A stretch of 20,000 nt of DNA, from IMG/VR virus record IMGVR_UViG_3300033148_004307; one strand, 5' to 3'. Made by a program: the position numbers and the translations under genes. Under the pieces are notes generated by a model. That model was not told where the DNA came from and ran no database searches. It saw only the letters and a program-made list of their open reading frames with translations. This DNA comes from an uncultured virus (IMG/VR IMGVR_UViG_3300033148_004307). Taxonomy: Duplodnaviria > Heunggongvirae > Uroviricota > Caudoviricetes. This document shows, in pieces, positions 18,277 through 20,000 of the stretch; within the stretch, counting starts at the first letter, position 1; the number at the start of each line of letters is the position of its first letter.

Positions 18277-19128
18277 ATGCCAAAAGCAGAATCATTCGAT
18301 GGAAAGAGAAAAACATCAGTAAGAGAACATGAGAGAAAGACAAAAACAGGAAAGTCCACAACAGTTAGAAAGCATGATAGAAACCTGAAAGATAAAGCTA
18401 AAGCTATGGGGATTGAAGCCTTTAAAGAAGGAAAAACAGGAGTACCAATACACAATAAAGAATTTTTTGAATTTATGAAAAATAACATGAATGGGGTAAA
18501 AGCTGGAGAATTGTTGGAAGCCTACAACAAAGGTTATGATTCAAAAAGAAAAGAGGCAACAGATGAAAGAATGAAGGAATTTTGGGAGAAAGAAAGAAAA
18601 GAACATCCACCTTTAACACCAGAGGAAGAAATAATTAATTTTCAAAAAGGCATGGCAGAATCAATAAATAATCGGTATGAAAGGGGAGATTATGATAATT
18701 TACCTCTTGATGAATTGAAAAATTTAACCAAAATGATTGATAAATATTTATATGAATTAGAGGAAAAGGGAATGAAAAGAACAAATCCACTATTCCAGAA
18801 ATTACAGAAAACAAGTTTCAATGTCCATGATTTAAAGGAAGATAAAAAACAGGAAGAAAAAATAAAATTCAGGACTAAAAATAAAGATGCTAAATATTTA
18901 CACACATTCTTTGAGGAAAAGAAATTACCTAGCGTATCATGGGAATTACAAGATAATGAAGGTACTACACATTTCATAGATAGTGATTTTGTAGATGAAG
19001 CTATATTCAATGCCCCACAACACGAACAAAAAGGAATCGGAGATATGATAAGGAAGATAGATTTTGCAAATGGGGATGTAAACGACTATCTTAAACATTT
19101 AGCACAAGCACTTGTAAATAATTATTAG
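18277..19128 (+). CDS. Family B protein, 283 aa
   Basis: Tag plus unique C-terminal region (TFFEEK...KIDFANGDVNDYLKHLA); the stop codon is the TAG of the motif. Confidence 0.85.
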   Translation: MPKAESFDGKRKTSVREHERKTKTGKSTTVRKHDRNLKDKAKAMGIEAFKEGKTGVPIHNKEFFEFMKNNMNGVKAGELLEAYNKGYDSKRKEATDERMKEFWEKERKEHPPLTPEEEIINFQKGMAESINNRYERGDYDNLPLDELKNLTKMIDKYLYELEEKGMKRTNPLFQKLQKTSFNVHDLKEDKKQEEKIKFRTKNKDAKYLHTFFEEKKLPSVSWELQDNEGTTHFIDSDFVDEAIFNAPQHEQKGIGDMIRKIDFANGDVNDYLKHLAQALVNNY

Positions 19129-19159
19129 GCACTACATTATTTAGTTGCGTGGTATAAGT

Positions 19160-19519
19160 ATGAGCATGGCATTAACACATTTCAGTATAGGGGCTATAAT
19201 ATCATTATTGATATTCAGAGCAATAGATTATCGTAGTGATAGAGTAGGCATTAATGATTATCTAAGATATGATATAATTGTAGCAATTATCGGGGGGTTG
19301 TGGGCATTGATACCTGATAATCGAGTCTTACATGGTGGTATAGAGGAATTATTTGGTTTTATGTTATGTAATATATTTTTCCTTCATTGTTTATTAGATG
19401 AATTAGACTCAAAGGATAGTTATATTGTTTCACTAATATCATTCGGATTGCTTTTATTGACGATTAATTTAATTAATTATGAAATCGGGATAAATCAAAA
19501 AAAGAATAATAATGTATAG
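19160..19519 (+). CDS. Family C membrane protein, possible YdjM-like metal-dependent hydrolase
   Basis: MSMALTHF...GGLWALIPD...NIFFLHCLLD; start moved from TTG 19145 to ATG 19160 by alignment with its paralogue. Confidence 0.7.
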   Translation: MSMALTHFSIGAIISLLIFRAIDYRSDRVGINDYLRYDIIVAIIGGLWALIPDNRVLHGGIEELFGFMLCNIFFLHCLLDELDSKDSYIVSLISFGLLLLTINLINYEIGINQKKNNNV

Positions 19520-19555
19520 TAAGTAGGCACTACAAATAATTTATGAGGTATCATT

Positions 19556-19903
19556 ATGAGTTTCGCTATGGGTCATTTCTGTTTAGGGGCATCATTGTCT
19601 TTAATTATATTCAGAGCAATAGATTATCATAGTGAAAAGATAAGGTTGAGTGATTACCTAAGATATGATATACTTATAGCTAGTATTGGTGGATTATGGG
19701 CTATGATACCTGACCTACCTAGCATCTGGGGAGTAATGGATGAATTATTTGGTGGAATCTTGTGTAATATATTTTTCTTCCATTGTCTTTTAGATGAATA
19801 CGACTCACAAGATAGTATTTTATTTTCAGCAATAATGTTCGGATTATTTTTATTAACAATCAATGTTATTAATTTTCAAATTACAAGTAATGGAGAGGAT
19901 TAG
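19556..19903 (+). CDS. Family C membrane protein, paralogue of 19160..19519
   Basis: MSFAMGHF...GGLWAMIPD...NIFFFHCLLD; GAGGT RBS. Confidence 0.75.
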   Translation: MSFAMGHFCLGASLSLIIFRAIDYHSEKIRLSDYLRYDILIASIGGLWAMIPDLPSIWGVMDELFGGILCNIFFFHCLLDEYDSQDSILFSAIMFGLFLLTINVINFQITSNGED

Positions 19904-19905
19904 AA

Positions 19906-20000
19906 ATGCCACGAATGGAATCATCTGATGGAAAGCGAAAAACATCAGTAAGAGAACATGAGAGGAAAACACAATCAGGAAAATCCACTACAGTAAAACA
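19906..20000 (+). CDS. Family B protein, N-terminus only (runs off the window; not in the ORF track)
   Basis: Translates as MPRMESSDGKRKTSVREHERKTQSGKSTTVK; AAGTAATGGAGAGGATTAG leader. Confidence 0.85.
   Translation, partial: MPRMESSDGKRKTSVREHERKTQSGKSTTVK

Larger units (their letters stand above)
9166..19534 (+). repeat. Array of 13 same-orientation TAGGCACTACA motifs separating single-gene units
   Basis: Copies start at 9166, 10183, 11389, 12593, 12810 (TAGGCACAACA), 13851, 14604, 15200, 16309, 17556, 18234, 19126 and 19524; exactly one credible ORF lies between consecutive copies. Confidence 0.95.

Noticed and set aside
9166..19534. CRISPR array interpretation of the repeated motif
   Set aside because: The repeat is only 11 nt, the intervals are whole genes of 0.2-1.25 kb, and no cas genes are visible.
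9166..19534. Classical integron attC sites
   Set aside because: No RYYYAAC...GTTRRRY long imperfect palindromes were seen, several gaps are too short, and no IntI is in the window.
9166..19534. Shufflon/invertible segments
   Set aside because: All motif copies and genes are co-oriented; I noticed no reverse-complement copy when reading by eye.
2207..19863. All minus-strand ORFs in the track
   Set aside because: They lie antisense to better-supported + strand genes. The recurring ones (10182, 11407, 12830, 16286, 18249) merely mirror the conserved + strand heads.

Overview
AT-rich window with every credible gene on the + strand, most consistent with an archaeal virus or other mobile element (host assignment is inference). 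Positions ~90-7218 form a core membrane/morphogenesis-like module: several small hydrophobic proteins, two signal-peptide surface proteins and a Zot/FtsK-HerA-type P-loop ATPase. An AT-rich intergenic region and an HExxH metallopeptidase-like protein follow. From ~9166 to the end is a tandem array of single-gene units, each separated by the same 11-mer, TAGGCACTACA (13 copies: 12 exact, 1 variant; a 14th exact copy lies at 4563). The motif overlaps or closely follows the upstream stop codon. The units fall mainly into three paralogue families: (A) two-TM surface proteins with constant ends and a hypervariable middle (4 in the array, 1 in the core module); (B) 7 proteins sharing a ~35-aa basic N-terminal tag fused to largely unrelated C-terminal regions; (C) 2 small membrane proteins with conserved His/Asp. 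The layout resembles an integron-like cassette library of variable surface proteins and tagged cargo. No recombinase is visible in the window, so the mechanism is untested.
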